NCBI RefSeq assembly: GCF_963921235.1
Contig: NC_086097.1
Coordinates: forward strand, 227,790,001 to 227,854,000
Source: Mobula hypostoma
Taxonomy: Eukaryota
DNA: 64,000 bases
Reading direction: 5' to 3'
The notes under the pieces are model-generated. The model made no database searches and was not told the origin of the DNA. It saw only the letters and a program-made list of their open reading frames with translations. Position numbers and translations under genes: made by a program. Below are positions 49,393 to 61,660 of the stretch, piece after piece; within the stretch, counting starts at the first letter, position 1, and every line of letters starts with the position of its first letter.

Positions 49393-50000
49393 GACTAGAT
49401 TATGAAGACACACAGTCCTCTTTTATTGTCATTTAGTAATGCACGCATTAAGAAATGATACAATATTCCTCCGGTATGATATCACAGAAACACAGGACAG
49501 ACCAAGATTGAAAAACTAACAAAAACCACATAATTATAACATATAGTTACAACAGTGCAACAATACCATAATTTGATGAAGAACAGGCCATGGCACAGTA
49601 AAAAAGTTCAAAGTCTCTTGAAAGTCCCACATCTCACGCAGACGGGAGAAGGAAGAAAACTCTCCCTGCCATGCCCGACCACAGTCCTACTCTGAGTCGT
49701 CCGAAAACTTCAAGCTCCTATCAGCCCTCCGACACCGAGTACCAAGCACCATCTCTGCCGAACGCTTCGACCTCAGCCTCAGTCGCTAGCTGCAGGCAAA
49801 GCCAGGGATTTTGGGGCCTTCCCTCCGGAGATTCTCGATCGCACAGTAGCAGCGGCAGCGAACAAAGCATTTCAGAAATTTCTCCAGATGTTCCTCTGCT
49901 TCTCACGTCTGTCTCCATCAAATCAGAATTGTGCACGGCCCCTATTTAACAAATACGATATCATTTCACCGGAGAGCTGCGCACGCTGCCATCTTCTCCT
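49393..50000 (-). mobile_element. Non-coding retroelement starting AAGATGGC (same family as 20910-21608)
   Basis: Long shared blocks such as tctcacgtctgtctccatcaaatcagaattgtgcac. Confidence 0.65.
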
Positions 50001-50269
50001 CCCGCCTCCTGGTTTGTCCGTTATATTAACAGTAAAAGAGTGACTATGGAGAAACAACATCCTCTTAAAGATAACCAGGGCCGCTTCTGTGTGGAGCCAT
50101 GGGAAATGGCCGAGATTTTTTTACTGTCTATTTCTCCTTGATATTATTAAGGAGAGTATCATGGATGTCAAACAAAATTAGGGTGTTAAATTGTGAAGTC
50201 TTGGATCACGTGGATATTATGAGGAGGAGGTATTTGCACTTTTGGGGAAATAACCAAGATTAGAAACAT

Positions 50270-50635
50270 GAAGCTCTCAACCCTCTCAATGTAAACAAGA
50301 GAATGTGCAATATCTCCCCCCACCCTTCCTGGAGTCAATGACCAGGCTCTTTCTTTTTGCTGATATTGAGAGAAAGGTTGTTGTCATGATACAACATCAC
50401 TAGGCTTTCTATCTCCTACCTGTGCGCAACTTATCATTACTTGAGATACGGCCCACTTGGGTGGTGTCATCTGCAAACTTATAGATGGAGTAAGAGGAGA
50501 ACCTGGCACACAGCTGTGAGAGTATAAGGAGTAGTGTAGGGGCTGAGGATGCAGCTTTGTGGGACAGGAGTTGCTGTCTATTCTTAGTGGTTGCAATCTG
50601 TTGGTCAGAAAATCAAGGATCCAATTACAAAGCGA
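50270..50635 (-). mobile_element. Rex1/Babar RT fragment
   Basis: SLCNWILDFLTNRLQ, YSLYSHSC, tttgcagatgacacc (FADDT). Confidence 0.7.
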
Positions 50636-51583
50636 GATCATAAGACCATAAGATGTAGGAGCAGAATTAGGCCATTTGGCCCTATGCGTCTGCTCCGCCA
50701 TTTCACCATGGCTGATACTATTTTCCTGTCAACCCCAATCTCCTGCCTTTATGTCCTGACCAATCGAGGATCTATCAACCTCTGCCTTAAATATATATAA
50801 AGGAGGCCTCCACAGCTGCCTGTGGCAATGAATTCCACAGATTCACCACTCTCTGACTAAAGAAATTCCTCCTCATTTCCACTCTAAAAGGATGCCCCTC
50901 TGAGGCTGTGTCCTCTCCCACGATAGGAAACATCCTCTCCACATCCACTCTATCAAGGCCTTTCACCATTCCATAGGTTTCAATGAGATCACCCCTCATT
51001 CTTCTGAATTCCAGTGAATACAGGCCCAGAGGAATCAAACACTCTTCATATGACAAGCTATTCAATCCTGGAATTATTTTCGTGAACCTCCTTTGAAGCC
51101 TCTTCAGATTCAGCACATCCTTTCTAAGATAAGGGGCAAAAACCTGCTCACAATACTCCAAGTGAGGCCTCACCAGTGCTTTATAAAGCTCCAACATTAC
51201 ATCTTTGCTTTTACATTCTCGTCCTCTTGAAATGAATGCTAACATTGCATTTGCCTTTCTCACCACAGACTCAACCCGTAAATTAACCTTTAGGGAATCC
51301 TTCACAAGGACTCTCAAGTCCCTTTGCACTTCAGGTTTTTGTATTTTCTCTCCATTTAGAAAATAGTCAACCCTTTCATTTATTCTGCCAAAGTGCTTGG
51401 CCAAACAATTCACGGCACTGTACTCCATCTGCCACTTCTTTGCCCATTCTCCTAAACTGCCTAAGTCCTCCTGTAGCTTCTTTACTTCCTCAAAACTACC
51501 TGCCCCCCCACCTATCTTCATAACATTTGCAAACTTTGCAACAAAACTATCAATTCCATCATCCAAATCATTGATATATAATG

Positions 51584-52223
51584 TGTAACACCCTAGTTCA
51601 CAGTTTTACTGCTATGCCGTAGGTATTTCCTTTTAGCAGTTCTGTAAGAACAGTCTGTTCTGCTTTCAACCTGTTTGGGTTATTTTTGAAGATAAGGGGT
51701 GCTGAAGAATGTGTGCCATCCAATTATGATGGTGAACTCGGGGTAGGGGGGTAGTTGGTTTTGTGAGGGACACTAAGGTTGGTCTTGGGTTTTTTTTTGT
51801 TCAGTGGGAGATGGAGAGAAGACACTAGAGAGAACTGGTCATAGGATTTAACCCGGTGGGGGACTGTGATTCAATGGAGCAAGGTGCCGGAGTCTATTGA
51901 GGGTCGGGTGATATGACTTTCGGAAGAGTTGAGCTCCAACTTGTGCATATTTGACTGCTTAATTATAATGGCCCCCTTTTGTTTTATTTTTCTTTCTTTT
52001 CTTTACTAACCCGTTAGTTAAGATTCATAAATGTAATTCCTTTAATCGTATGCAGTGTACTCTCTGTTATTTCTTGGCACTGAGTTGTAACAGGGTAACA
52101 AATTGTACAGCATCCCCACAAACCGAGGTTTGGGGTGGGATAGCCATCTCAATCTCATGGGTTTGGCAGGACCGGAGTGTGCTTATGCAGACTTACACAG
52201 CCAAGGAAACCAACGGGGTTTCA
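51584..52223 (+). mobile_element. Solo LTR (~640 bp) inserted in CR1
   Basis: TGTAACACCC...GGGGTTTCA termini; 4-bp flanks aatg/gatg; the CR1 sequence is contiguous across the insertion. Confidence 0.8.
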
Positions 52224-54359
52224 GATGAAAAAAGAATCGGTCCCAACACAGACCCCTGTGAACACCTCTCCTCACGAGTAGCCAGTTGCAAAGAACTTCC
52301 TTTATTCCCACTCTTTACCTCTTACCAATCAGCCACTGCTGTATCCATGCTGGAATCTTTCCTGTAATATCATGGGCCCAGAACTTGTTAAGCACCCTCA
52401 TGTGTGGCACCTCCGCAAAGGCTTTCTGAAGATCCAAGCATGCAACATCAACCAATTCTCCTTTGTCTCTCCTGCTTGTTACTTCTTCAAAGAATTTCAA
52501 CAGATTTGTCAGGCAAGATTTTCCCTTGAGGAAACCATGTTGACTACAGCCTATTTTGCTGCCTCCAAGTACCCTGAGACCTCATCCTTAATAATCAACT
52601 TCAACATCTTCCCAACCACTGAGGACAGACTAACTGGCCTACAGTTTCCTTCTTTCTACCTTGAAGAGTGGTGTGACATTTACAATGTTCCAGTCTTCTG
52701 GATCCTTTCCAGAATATAGTGTTTCTTGAAAGACCATTACTAATGCCTCCATGATCTCTTCAGCCACCTCTTTCAGAACGCTGGGGTGTACACCATCTGA
52801 TCCAGGTGACTTCAGACCTTTCAGTTTCCCAAGGATGTTTTCTGTAGTTATGGTGATTTCACACTTCAGGACCCCTGATACCTGGAACTTCCAGCATATT
52901 GCTAGTGTTTTCCACAGTGATGTAAAATACTTATTCAGTTCATCCTCTATTCCCTTGTCCCCCATTACTAGCTCTCCAGTATCATATTCCAGTGGTCTGA
53001 TATTCACTCTCGACTCTTTTATACTTTATGTATCTGAAGAAACTTTTGGTATTCTGTTTAATATTAATTGCTAGCTTATTTTTGTTATCTATCATAATGA
53101 CTTTTTTAGCTGCTTTCTATTGGTTTTTAAAAGCTTCTCCATCCTCTAACTTCCCAATGGTTTTTGCTCTATTATATGTCCTCTCTTTGGCTTTTATGTT
53201 GGCATTGTGACTTCTCTTATTAGCCACGGTTGTATCATTTTTCCTTTAGAATACTTCTTCCTCTTTGGAATGTATGTATCCTGTGCCTTCTGAATTGCTT
53301 CCAGAAATTCCAGTCATTGTTGCTCTGCCATCATCCCTGCCAGTGCTCTTATTCAATCAATTCTGGCCAACATCTCTTTCGTGCCTCTGTAATTCCCTTT
53401 ACTCCACTGTAATAGCAATACATCTGACTTTAGCTTCTTCTGAAATTTTATGATGAATTTGTTCATATTATGATCACTTGCCGCTGAGGGACCTTTTACC
53501 TTAAGGTCTCTAATCAAATTTGGTTCATTGCACAACACCCGATCCAGATTAACTAATCCTCTAGTGGGCTCAACCATAAACTGCTCTAAAAAGCTCTCTC
53601 ATAGGCACTCTAGAAATTCTCTCTCCTGTAATCCAACACCACTGTAATATTTGCAATATACCACATATTGAAATCCCCCATGACTATTGTAACATTGCTC
53701 TTTTGGCATGCATTTTCTTTTTCCCATTGTAATTTGTAGGCCACATCCTTACTACTGTTTGGGGGTCTGTATACAACTCTCATCAGGGTCTTTTTACCTT
53801 TGCAATCCCTTAGCTCTACCTACAATGATTCAACATCTTTGAATCCTATGTCACCTCCTTCTAATGATTCAGTTTCATTTTTTACCAACAGAGCAACACT
53901 ACCCCCTTTGCCTTCCTGTCTGTCCTTTTGATACAATGCATATCCTTGGACATTAAGCTCCCAGCTATAATGTTTCACCCATGATTCAGTGATGCCTACA
54001 ATATCATACCTGCCAATCTGCCTTATTCTGTATACTGCATGCATCCAATCCTATATTCACCCTTTTCAATTTTCTGTTCCTTTCACATTGCCTCATCCTA
54101 TTGACTGCAATTTTGCTCTGTCAACAGCTTCTCCTCACTAAGCATTGCCTCTGTTTGTAAATCAGCTACCTCATCTTCAGAACTGCCAGCCACTTCTTGC
54201 ATTTAAATGTAGGCAGTTCATTAGTCACACCATGATCAATCTTTTGTTTCCTAACTTAGCCTAAACCTAGCCTAAGCTTAGCCAACATCTGCCTCCACAA
54301 CTGTCCACTAACTGTTTTGGCACTCTGATTCCCACACCCCTACAACTCTACTTTAAACC

Positions 54360-54960
54360 TCACTGTGCAGCATTACCAAACAGTCCTGCTAGAATATTAG
54401 TCCCTATCTGGTTCAGGTGCAAACCGTCCCTTCTGTATAGGTCCCACCTTCCCTGGAAGAGAGCACAAAGATCCAAAATTCTTCTGCCCTCTCTCCTACA
54501 CCAACTCCTTAGCCACGTATTAAACGGTATAATCTTCCTAGTTCTGGCTTCAGTAGCATGTGGCACGGGTAACATTCCTGAGATCACAACCCTGGAGGTC
54601 CTGCCCTTTAACTTAGCATATAAATTCCTGACCTCTGTATGCAGAACCTCGTCACTCGTCCTACCCATGTCATTGGTACCTACATGGACCATGACTTCTG
54701 GCTGTTCACCCTCCCACATAAGAATGGTGAAGACTCTATCAGAGATGTCCCCGGAGCCTGGCACCTGAGAGGCAACAAACAATCCGGGAATCTCGTTCTT
54801 GCCTACAGAACCTCCTGTTCATTCTACTAACTAACAAATCCCCTATCACCACAGTATAATTCTTTTCCCCCTTTTCCTCTTTTCCCTTCTGAGTCACAGA
54901 GGCAGATTCAGTGCCAGAGACCCAACCACTGTGAGTTTCCTCTGTTAAGTCATTGCCCAA
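54360..54960 (-). pseudogene. CR1 ORF1p SGNH/GDSL esterase domain (frameshifted)
   Basis: GD(S>L) block I, GTND block III, DGLH block V. Confidence 0.8.
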
Positions 54961-55375
54961 CAGTATCCAAAGTGATATACCTGTTGTTGAAAGAGATGGC
55001 TACAGAAGTACTCCGCACTGGTCCTTAACCCCCTTTCCCTTCGTGATTGTCACTTATTTTCTTGTATCCTGCACCTTAGGTACAACTACCTCTCCATATG
55101 TTCTATCTTTCACCATCCAGCCTCCTGAATGATCCAGAGTTCAGCCAGTTCCAGCTCCAACTGCTTAACACGCTTTATTAGAAGCTTCAGCTGGACAGCT
55201 GGATGCACATCTTGCAGTTGTAGTCATCAGGAACACTGCAGATTTCTCTGCCTTCCCACATCCCACTAGAGAAGTAATGCACTATCCTGCCTGTCATCCC
55301 TACTGTCCTAGCTGAGCAGAAATAAAGAAGGGAAGGAAAAAAACTTGAGCTTTTCTTTCCTTTGCCTTCTCTGTG

Positions 55376-56512
55376 TTTAGGGAGTACTGCACAAGGTCTC
55401 CCAAGTCCCCTTGCAGCTCAGATTTTTGGATTTTCTCCCCGTATAGAAAATAATCTGCACATCTATTTCTACTACCAAAGTGCATGACCATGCATTTTCC
55501 AATATTGTATTTCATTTGCCACTTTCTTGCCAATTCTCCTAATCTGTCCTTCTGCAACCTACCTGTTTCCTCAACACTACCTGCCCCACCACGATCTTCG
55601 TATCATCTGCAAACTTGGCAATAAAGCTATCTATTCCATCATCTAAATCATTGATATACAGCATAAAATTCCGACCCCTGTGGAACACCACTAGTCACTG
55701 GCAACCAACCAGATAAGGATCCTTTTATTTCCTCTGACTGTCTCCTACCACTCAGCCAATGCTCTAACCATGTTAGTAACATTCCTGTAATACCATGGGC
55801 TCTTAACTTGGTAAGCAGCCTCACATGTGGCACCTTGCCAAAGATCTTTTGAAAGTCCAAATATACAATATCCAATGCATCCCCTTTATCCAACCTGTAA
55901 TCTCCTCAAAGAATTCCAACAGGTTCGTCAAGCAAGATTTTCCCTTAAGGAAACAATGCTGACTTTGTCCTATCTTGTCCTAGGTTACCAAGTACTCCAT
56001 AGCCCGTTCCTTAATAATTGTCTCCAACATCTTCCCAACCACTGAGGTCAGGCTATCTGGCCTATTGTTTCCTTTCTGCTGCCTTCCTCCTTTCTTAAAG
56101 AGTGGAGTGACATTTGTAATTTTCCAGTCCTCTGGCACCATGCCAGAGTCCAATGAATTTTGAAAGATCATTTCTAATGCCACCACAATCTCTAATGCTA
56201 CCACTTTCAGAATCCTAGGGTGCAGTTCCTCTGGTCCAAGTGACTTATGTACCTTTAGGTCTTTCAGCTTTTTGAGCACCTTCTCTCTTATAACAGTAAC
56301 TACACCCACATCTCTTCCTTCACACACTACAACATCTGGCACACTGCTAGTATTTTCCACAGTGAAGACTGATGCAAAATGCTCGTTTAGTTCATCTGCC
56401 ATCTCCTTGTCCCCTGTCATTATTTCTCCGGCCTCATTTTCTTGTGGTCCTATATCCAATCTCATCTCTCTTTTACCTTTTACATACTTGAAAAAGCGTT
56501 TACTATCCACTT
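55376..56512 (-). mobile_element. CR1 ORF2 RT fragment
   Basis: GPEELHPRILK, YLDFQKIFGKVPH, SGVPQGS, KWQMKYNIGKC. Confidence 0.88.
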
Positions 56513-56989
56513 TGACATGTATGTACCGTGATAAAAAATTTAACCTTGAACTTTGAACTTTGATGGCGGTCTTCTTCTTAAAGCAGGGGGATTGAAGCAG
56601 GGAGAGGTTAAAATGTCTATAATGATCCCCACCAGCCGATCTATGCAAAATCTAAGGGTGTGGCTAGGGAAGCCATCTGAGCCAGGTATTTTCTTGGGGT
56701 TCGCTATTTGGAAGGTTGATCTTCGGTGTGGGTTCAGATGCATTGGAGGCTGTTGGATTGTTCGTGACATTTCAGTCCCCTTTCCACTTAAGCCATATTA
56801 AGCCACGTGGGGTGCGATATCAACTGCTGTTCAGATAGTTGAAGTGAACTCTCATGGCAAGTCATATGGACCATAATTCACCATTAGACATTCCAGGCTG
56901 GATGAGCAGGAACCGTGAGTTTGCGAGTTGTTGCTTAGGAAGTAGACCACTGTGGCTCTGCATTCCCTCTAATTTTGCATCCTTATCCA

Positions 56990-57960
56990 AATTACTGATA
57001 TACTATAGATGACAAACAGCAATAGGCCAGCTCCGACTCTTGAAACATAGCACTAGTAGACCTCCAGTTCAAGAAACAACCTTCTACCATCACCCTCTAC
57101 TTTCTACCGTCAAGTCAATTGTGCCTTCAGTTGGCGAGCTCTCCTGGATTCAATGTGATTTAACCTTCCAGAGCAGCCTGCAATGTGGAACTTTATCAAA
57201 GGCCTTACTGAAGTCCATATAAACCACGTCTAAACACCTTCCCGCATCAGATTTCTTGGTAACTTTATCAAAAAATTCAGTTAAGCTCATCAGACATAAT
57301 ATTCCATGAACCAAAGCCATGCTGACTACCCCTAATCAACTCACGACTTTCAAGATGTACGTACATCTCATCCCTCAGATCTCCTGTAGTAATCAAATTA
57401 TGATGTATGTTAGACTTACTAGCCTACAGTCACCAAGTGATGCAACCAGTTAGCATGCCCTCCACAGTATATCTGTAGAAATTTGGTTGAAGCTTTAGTG
57501 AAATATCAAATCTTCTCAAGTTTGCTTAATCCCAGCTGCTGGAGCCTAACCCATGCCTTCTTCTTTTTCCTGGTCAGGGCCTCAAAATCCTTTGTCAAGG
57601 GTTTCTTTCCTTTCAGACAGGAACATTCAGACTTCGAGCTTTCATTATCTCACCTTTATAAGCTTCGCACTTGTCTGTGGTCCCTTCACCCTCAAACAAC
57701 CTACTCCAATTAATCTTTACAAGCTCCTGTCTCGTACCATCAAAATTTACCTTGACCCCAGTTTAGAAGTTAGATCTATGGACCAGTTCTGTCCCTTTCA
57801 TGACTATTTTAAAATAAATAGAATTATAATCACTGATCTGAAAGTCATCTCAGTCACTTGCCCTGTCCTATTACCCAACAGTAGGTCGAGCTTTTCACTC
57901 TCCCTAGCAGGGACTCTATGTGTTGTCAAGGAAAGTTCCCTGAACAAGAATATTGAGCAA
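56990..57960 (-). mobile_element. Old CR1 fragments
   Basis: DVVYMDFSKAFDKVPH remnant at ~57180-57230; LDLLLGNRTGQV at ~57860. Confidence 0.6.
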
Positions 57961-58122
57961 TTCTTTTGAACAGACTGACCCGGATATGTGCAACAGCATG
58001 GTACTGTGCTCTCCATATACAACAAGCTCTTAATACTTAAGGTAAGGACATGTTCGGCACAGCTTTGTGGGCCGAAGGACCTGCATTGTGCTGTAGGTTT
58101 TCTATGCTTCTATTTAAGTCCA

Positions 58123-58427
58123 TGTTGGCGCGTGGCCAAGTGGTTAAGGCGCTCGTCTAGTGATCTGAAGGTCATTAGTTCGAGCCATGGCTGAGGCAGC
58201 ATGTGTCCTTGAGCAAGGCACTTAACCACACATTGCTCTGTGATGACACCGGTGCCAAGCTGTGTGGGTCCTAATGCCCTTCCCTTGGACAACATTGATG
58301 GTGTGGACAGGGGAGACTAGCAGCATGGGCAACTGTTGGTCTTCCATATAACCTTGCCCAGGCCTGAGCCCTGAAAACCTTCCAAGGCGCAAATCCATGG
58401 TCTCATGAGACTGACAGATGCCTGTAA
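58123..58427 (+). mobile_element. tRNA-Thr(AGT)-derived SINE with CORE-like segment
   Basis: ggcgcgtggccaagtggttaaggcgctcgtctagtgatc...gttcgagcc; TSD atttaagtcca at 58112-58122 and 58428-58438; homologous to 29365-29685. Confidence 0.8.
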
Positions 58428-59204
58428 ATTTAAGTCCAAGCCTGACCAGGGGACAACAAAATCTGTCATGTTAACACAAACCAGATACAAAGGGAGTGGC
58501 TCATAGGCCAGAGCTAGTCCAGCAAGGAAAGTTAAACTTCCACTTCTGTTTTGAGATTTGTTGTGAATCAGGTAGATTGAGTACAGGCTTGAGAAACAAT
58601 AAGAAAAACAGAGGGGATTCTTGCCTTTCATATGAAGAGATTAGAGAACTCTGTTGATGTTTGGCATTTGTAAAAACAAAAAGTAGAAATTGTGACAATG
58701 GAATTGTTACTTACAAGCTGAGAATGCCATGATAAACTCACAAAAGTTGGTTTAAAATTTTATGCTCAAGTGTAAGGGCTAAAGGATAGAGCGGACTGTG
58801 GTCTGAGTGAGGTGATTCAACATGAGTACGTTCAGATCCAGGTGCCCCAGTGAATTTACTAAATCAGTTCCACAAGACAGAACAGTAAATGAATTTCAAT
58901 CAATGCAATTGTATGATTTGGGTGTAGGTATTCCAGCACCACTTTGTGATTTTTTTTCATCTCTTCATGTTGCAGAATATCAGTGTTTTATTCAGTGTGG
59001 TCTTTTTTGTTTAAGTCAAGGCCTTTATGTACCAGCAATCGGAGTGATGCACATGCCACTTAATGCTTTCTTTTGAACCATCCTTGCTGAACTCAAGATC
59101 TTCTGCCAAACCTCTCTGTTTATTAACTATAGGCATCACAAATGTTGGAAATACGAGGCACTTTAGGAGCTGGCTGCTATGGTTTTAGAAATGTTGGAAA
59201 TACC

Positions 59205-60190
59205 ACTAGGAATAGGGCTCCCCTTGTCCTCACCTACCACCCCACCAGCCTTCGGGTCCAACATATAATTCTCTGTAACTTCCGCCACCTCCAACGGGAT
59301 CCCACCACTAAGCACATCTTTCCATCCCCCCCCCCCGCTTTCCGCAGGGATCACTCCCCACGTGACTCCTTTGTCCATTCATCCTCCCCCCATCCCTCCC
59401 CACCGATCTCCCTCCTGGCACTTATCCTTGTAAGCGGACCCCAGACAGTCCTTCCAGGTGAGGCGACACTTCACCTGTGAGTCGGCTGGGGTGATATACT
59501 GCGTCCGGTGCTCCCGATGTGGCCTCTTTTATATTGGCGAGACCCGACGCGGACTGGGAGATCGTTTCGCTGAACACCTACGCTCTGTCCGCCAGAGAAA
59601 GCAGGATCTCCCAGTGGCCACACATTTTAATTCCACATCCCATTCCCATTCTGATATGTCTATTCACGGTCTCCTCTACTGTAAAGATGAAGCCACACTC
59701 AGGTTGGAGGAACAACACCTTATATTCCATCTAGGTAGCCTCCAACCTGATGGCATGAACATCGACTTCTCTAACTTCCGCTAATGCCTTACCTCCTCCT
59801 CGTACCTCATCCGTTATTTATTTATTTATATATATACACACATTCTTTTTCTCTCTCTCCTTTTTCTCCCTCTGTCCCTCTGACTATACCCTTTGCCTAT
59901 CCTCTAGGTTTCCCCCCCCTCCCCTTTTCTTTCTCCCTAGGCCTCCTGTCCCATGATCCTCTCATATCCCTTTTGCCAATCACCTGTCCAGCTCTTGGCT
60001 CCATCCCTCCCCCTCCTGTCTTCTCCTATCACTTCGGATCTCCCCCTCCCCTTTCCACTTTCAAATCTCTTACTAGCTCTTCTTTCAGTTAGTCCTGACG
60101 AAGGGTCTCGGCCCGAAACGTCGACTGTACCTCTTCCTAGAGATGCTGCCTGGCCTGCTGCATTCACCAGCAACTTTTATGTGTGCTGCT
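59205..60190 (+). mobile_element. Penelope-like element 3' part with open GIY-YIG frame (59458-59784)
   Basis: GVIYCVRCSRCGLFYIGETRRGLGDRFAEH...VATHF...H...RLEEQHLIFHLGSLQPDGMN; CCHH residues present. Confidence 0.9.
60086..60127 (+). ncRNA. Minimal hammerhead ribozyme motif (best-preserved copy)
   Basis: cagttagtc CTGACGA a gggt-ctcg-gccc GAAA cgtc gactg; stem I tagtc/gactg. Confidence 0.6.
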
Positions 60191-60682
60191 TATTAAGTAG
60201 TATTACTCTATTAGAAAACAATAAACATTTTGCTCTTCACGTTCTATCATTCCAGTTTATGCAACAAGTAGACAATTTTCACTCCGGATTTGACAACAGC
60301 AACACATTCAAGGGCACAAAACAAGTCTGTATTACTGAGCAGGTACCATCTGCCTTCTGCCCTGGCAGGGAAACCAACTTGTATTAAAGAATATTACCAA
60401 CTTGTTGTTTGTCATTCCAAAGTAAATTTTAAATAATTTATATCTTCTGTCTCATTCCAATTGAGACAGTTTGATTGTTCATTCTTTAATGCAATTATAT
60501 TTGAGGAGGTGATAATGGCAAGAGATTAGTAGCACCTCAATTTTGTTTTGAGAATTTAAAATTGTGTTATCTTCCTCACTGTTTGAGGTCCAATGTTCAC
60601 AACATGCTTCTGCATTCTGGAATTTCTGCCTCAATTGGGGCTTCATCGTGACATAGTAGTTAACAGAACACTTTACAGCACA

Positions 60683-61660
60683 TACACATCAAAGTTGCTG
60701 GTGAACGCAGCAGGCCAGGCAGCATCTGTAGGAAGAGGTGCAGTCGACATTTCAGGCCGAGACCCTTCGTCAGGACTAACTGAAGGAAGAGTCAGTAAGG
60801 GATTTGAAAGTTGGAGTGGGAGGGGGAGATCCAAAATGATAGGAGAAGACAAGAGGGGGAGGGATAGAGCCAAGAGCTGGACAGGTGATAGGCAAAAGGG
60901 GATACGAGAGGATCACGGGACAGGAGGTCCGGGAAGAAAGACGGGGGGGTGACCCAGAGGATGGGCAAGAGGTATATTCAGAGGGACAGACGGAGAAAAA
61001 GGAGAGTGAGAGAAAGAATGTGTGCATAAAAATAAGTAACAGATGGGGTACGAGGGGGAGGTGGGGCCTTAGTGGAAGTTAGAGAAGTCGATGTTCATGC
61101 CATCAGGTTGGAGACTACCCAGACAGAATATAAGGTGTTGTTCCTCCAACCTGAGTGTGGCTTCATCTTTACAGCAGAGGAGGCCGTGGATAGACATCAT
61201 GCCATCAGGTTGGAGGCTACCCAGACGGCTAAGGCCCCACCTCCCCCTCGTACCCCAGCTGTTACTTATTTTTACGCACACATTCTTTCTCTCACTCTCC
61301 TTTTTCTCCCTCTGTCCCTCTGAATGTACCTCTTGCCCATCCTCTGGGTGCCCCCCCCCCCGTCTTTCTTCCTGGACCTCCTGTCCCATGATCCTCTCGT
61401 ATCCCCTTTTGCCTATCACCTGTCCAGCTCTCGGCTCTATCCCTCCCCCTCCTGTCTTCTCCTATCATTTTGGATCTCCCCCTCCCCCTCCAACTTTCAA
61501 ATCCCTTACTCACTCTTCCTTCAGTTAGTCCCGACGAAGGGTCTCGGCCTGAAACGTCGACTGCACCTCTTCCTAGAGATGCTGCCTGGCCTGCTGTGTT
61601 CACCAGCAACTTTGATGTGTATTGCTTGAATTTCCAGCATCTGCAGAATTCCTGTTGTTT
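60683..61660. mobile_element. Penelope insertion with inverted terminal repeats
   Basis: Arms 60683-61072 (-) and 61229-61621 (+); TSD actttacagcaca at 60670-60682 and 61661-61673. Confidence 0.85.
60741..60782 (-). ncRNA. Minimal hammerhead ribozyme motif
   Basis: Reverse complement cagttagtc CTGACGA agggtctcggcct GAAA tgtc gactg. Confidence 0.5.

Larger units (their letters stand above)
50640..55375 (-). mobile_element. Near full-length CR1 LINE (ORF1 zinc-finger + SGNH esterase; ORF2 APE-EN + RT), decayed
   Basis: MWE..PDDYNCKMCIQL; VVIGDL, VHVGTND, RDGLH; YDIVGITESW, SDHNM; GSDGVHP, LDLQKAF, HLEYC; tcttatgg tail. Confidence 0.9.

Noticed and set aside
59140..59203. 15-bp direct repeat aaatgttggaaatac next to the Penelope 5' junction as its TSD
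   Set aside because: Both copies lie on the same side of the element; a small local duplication
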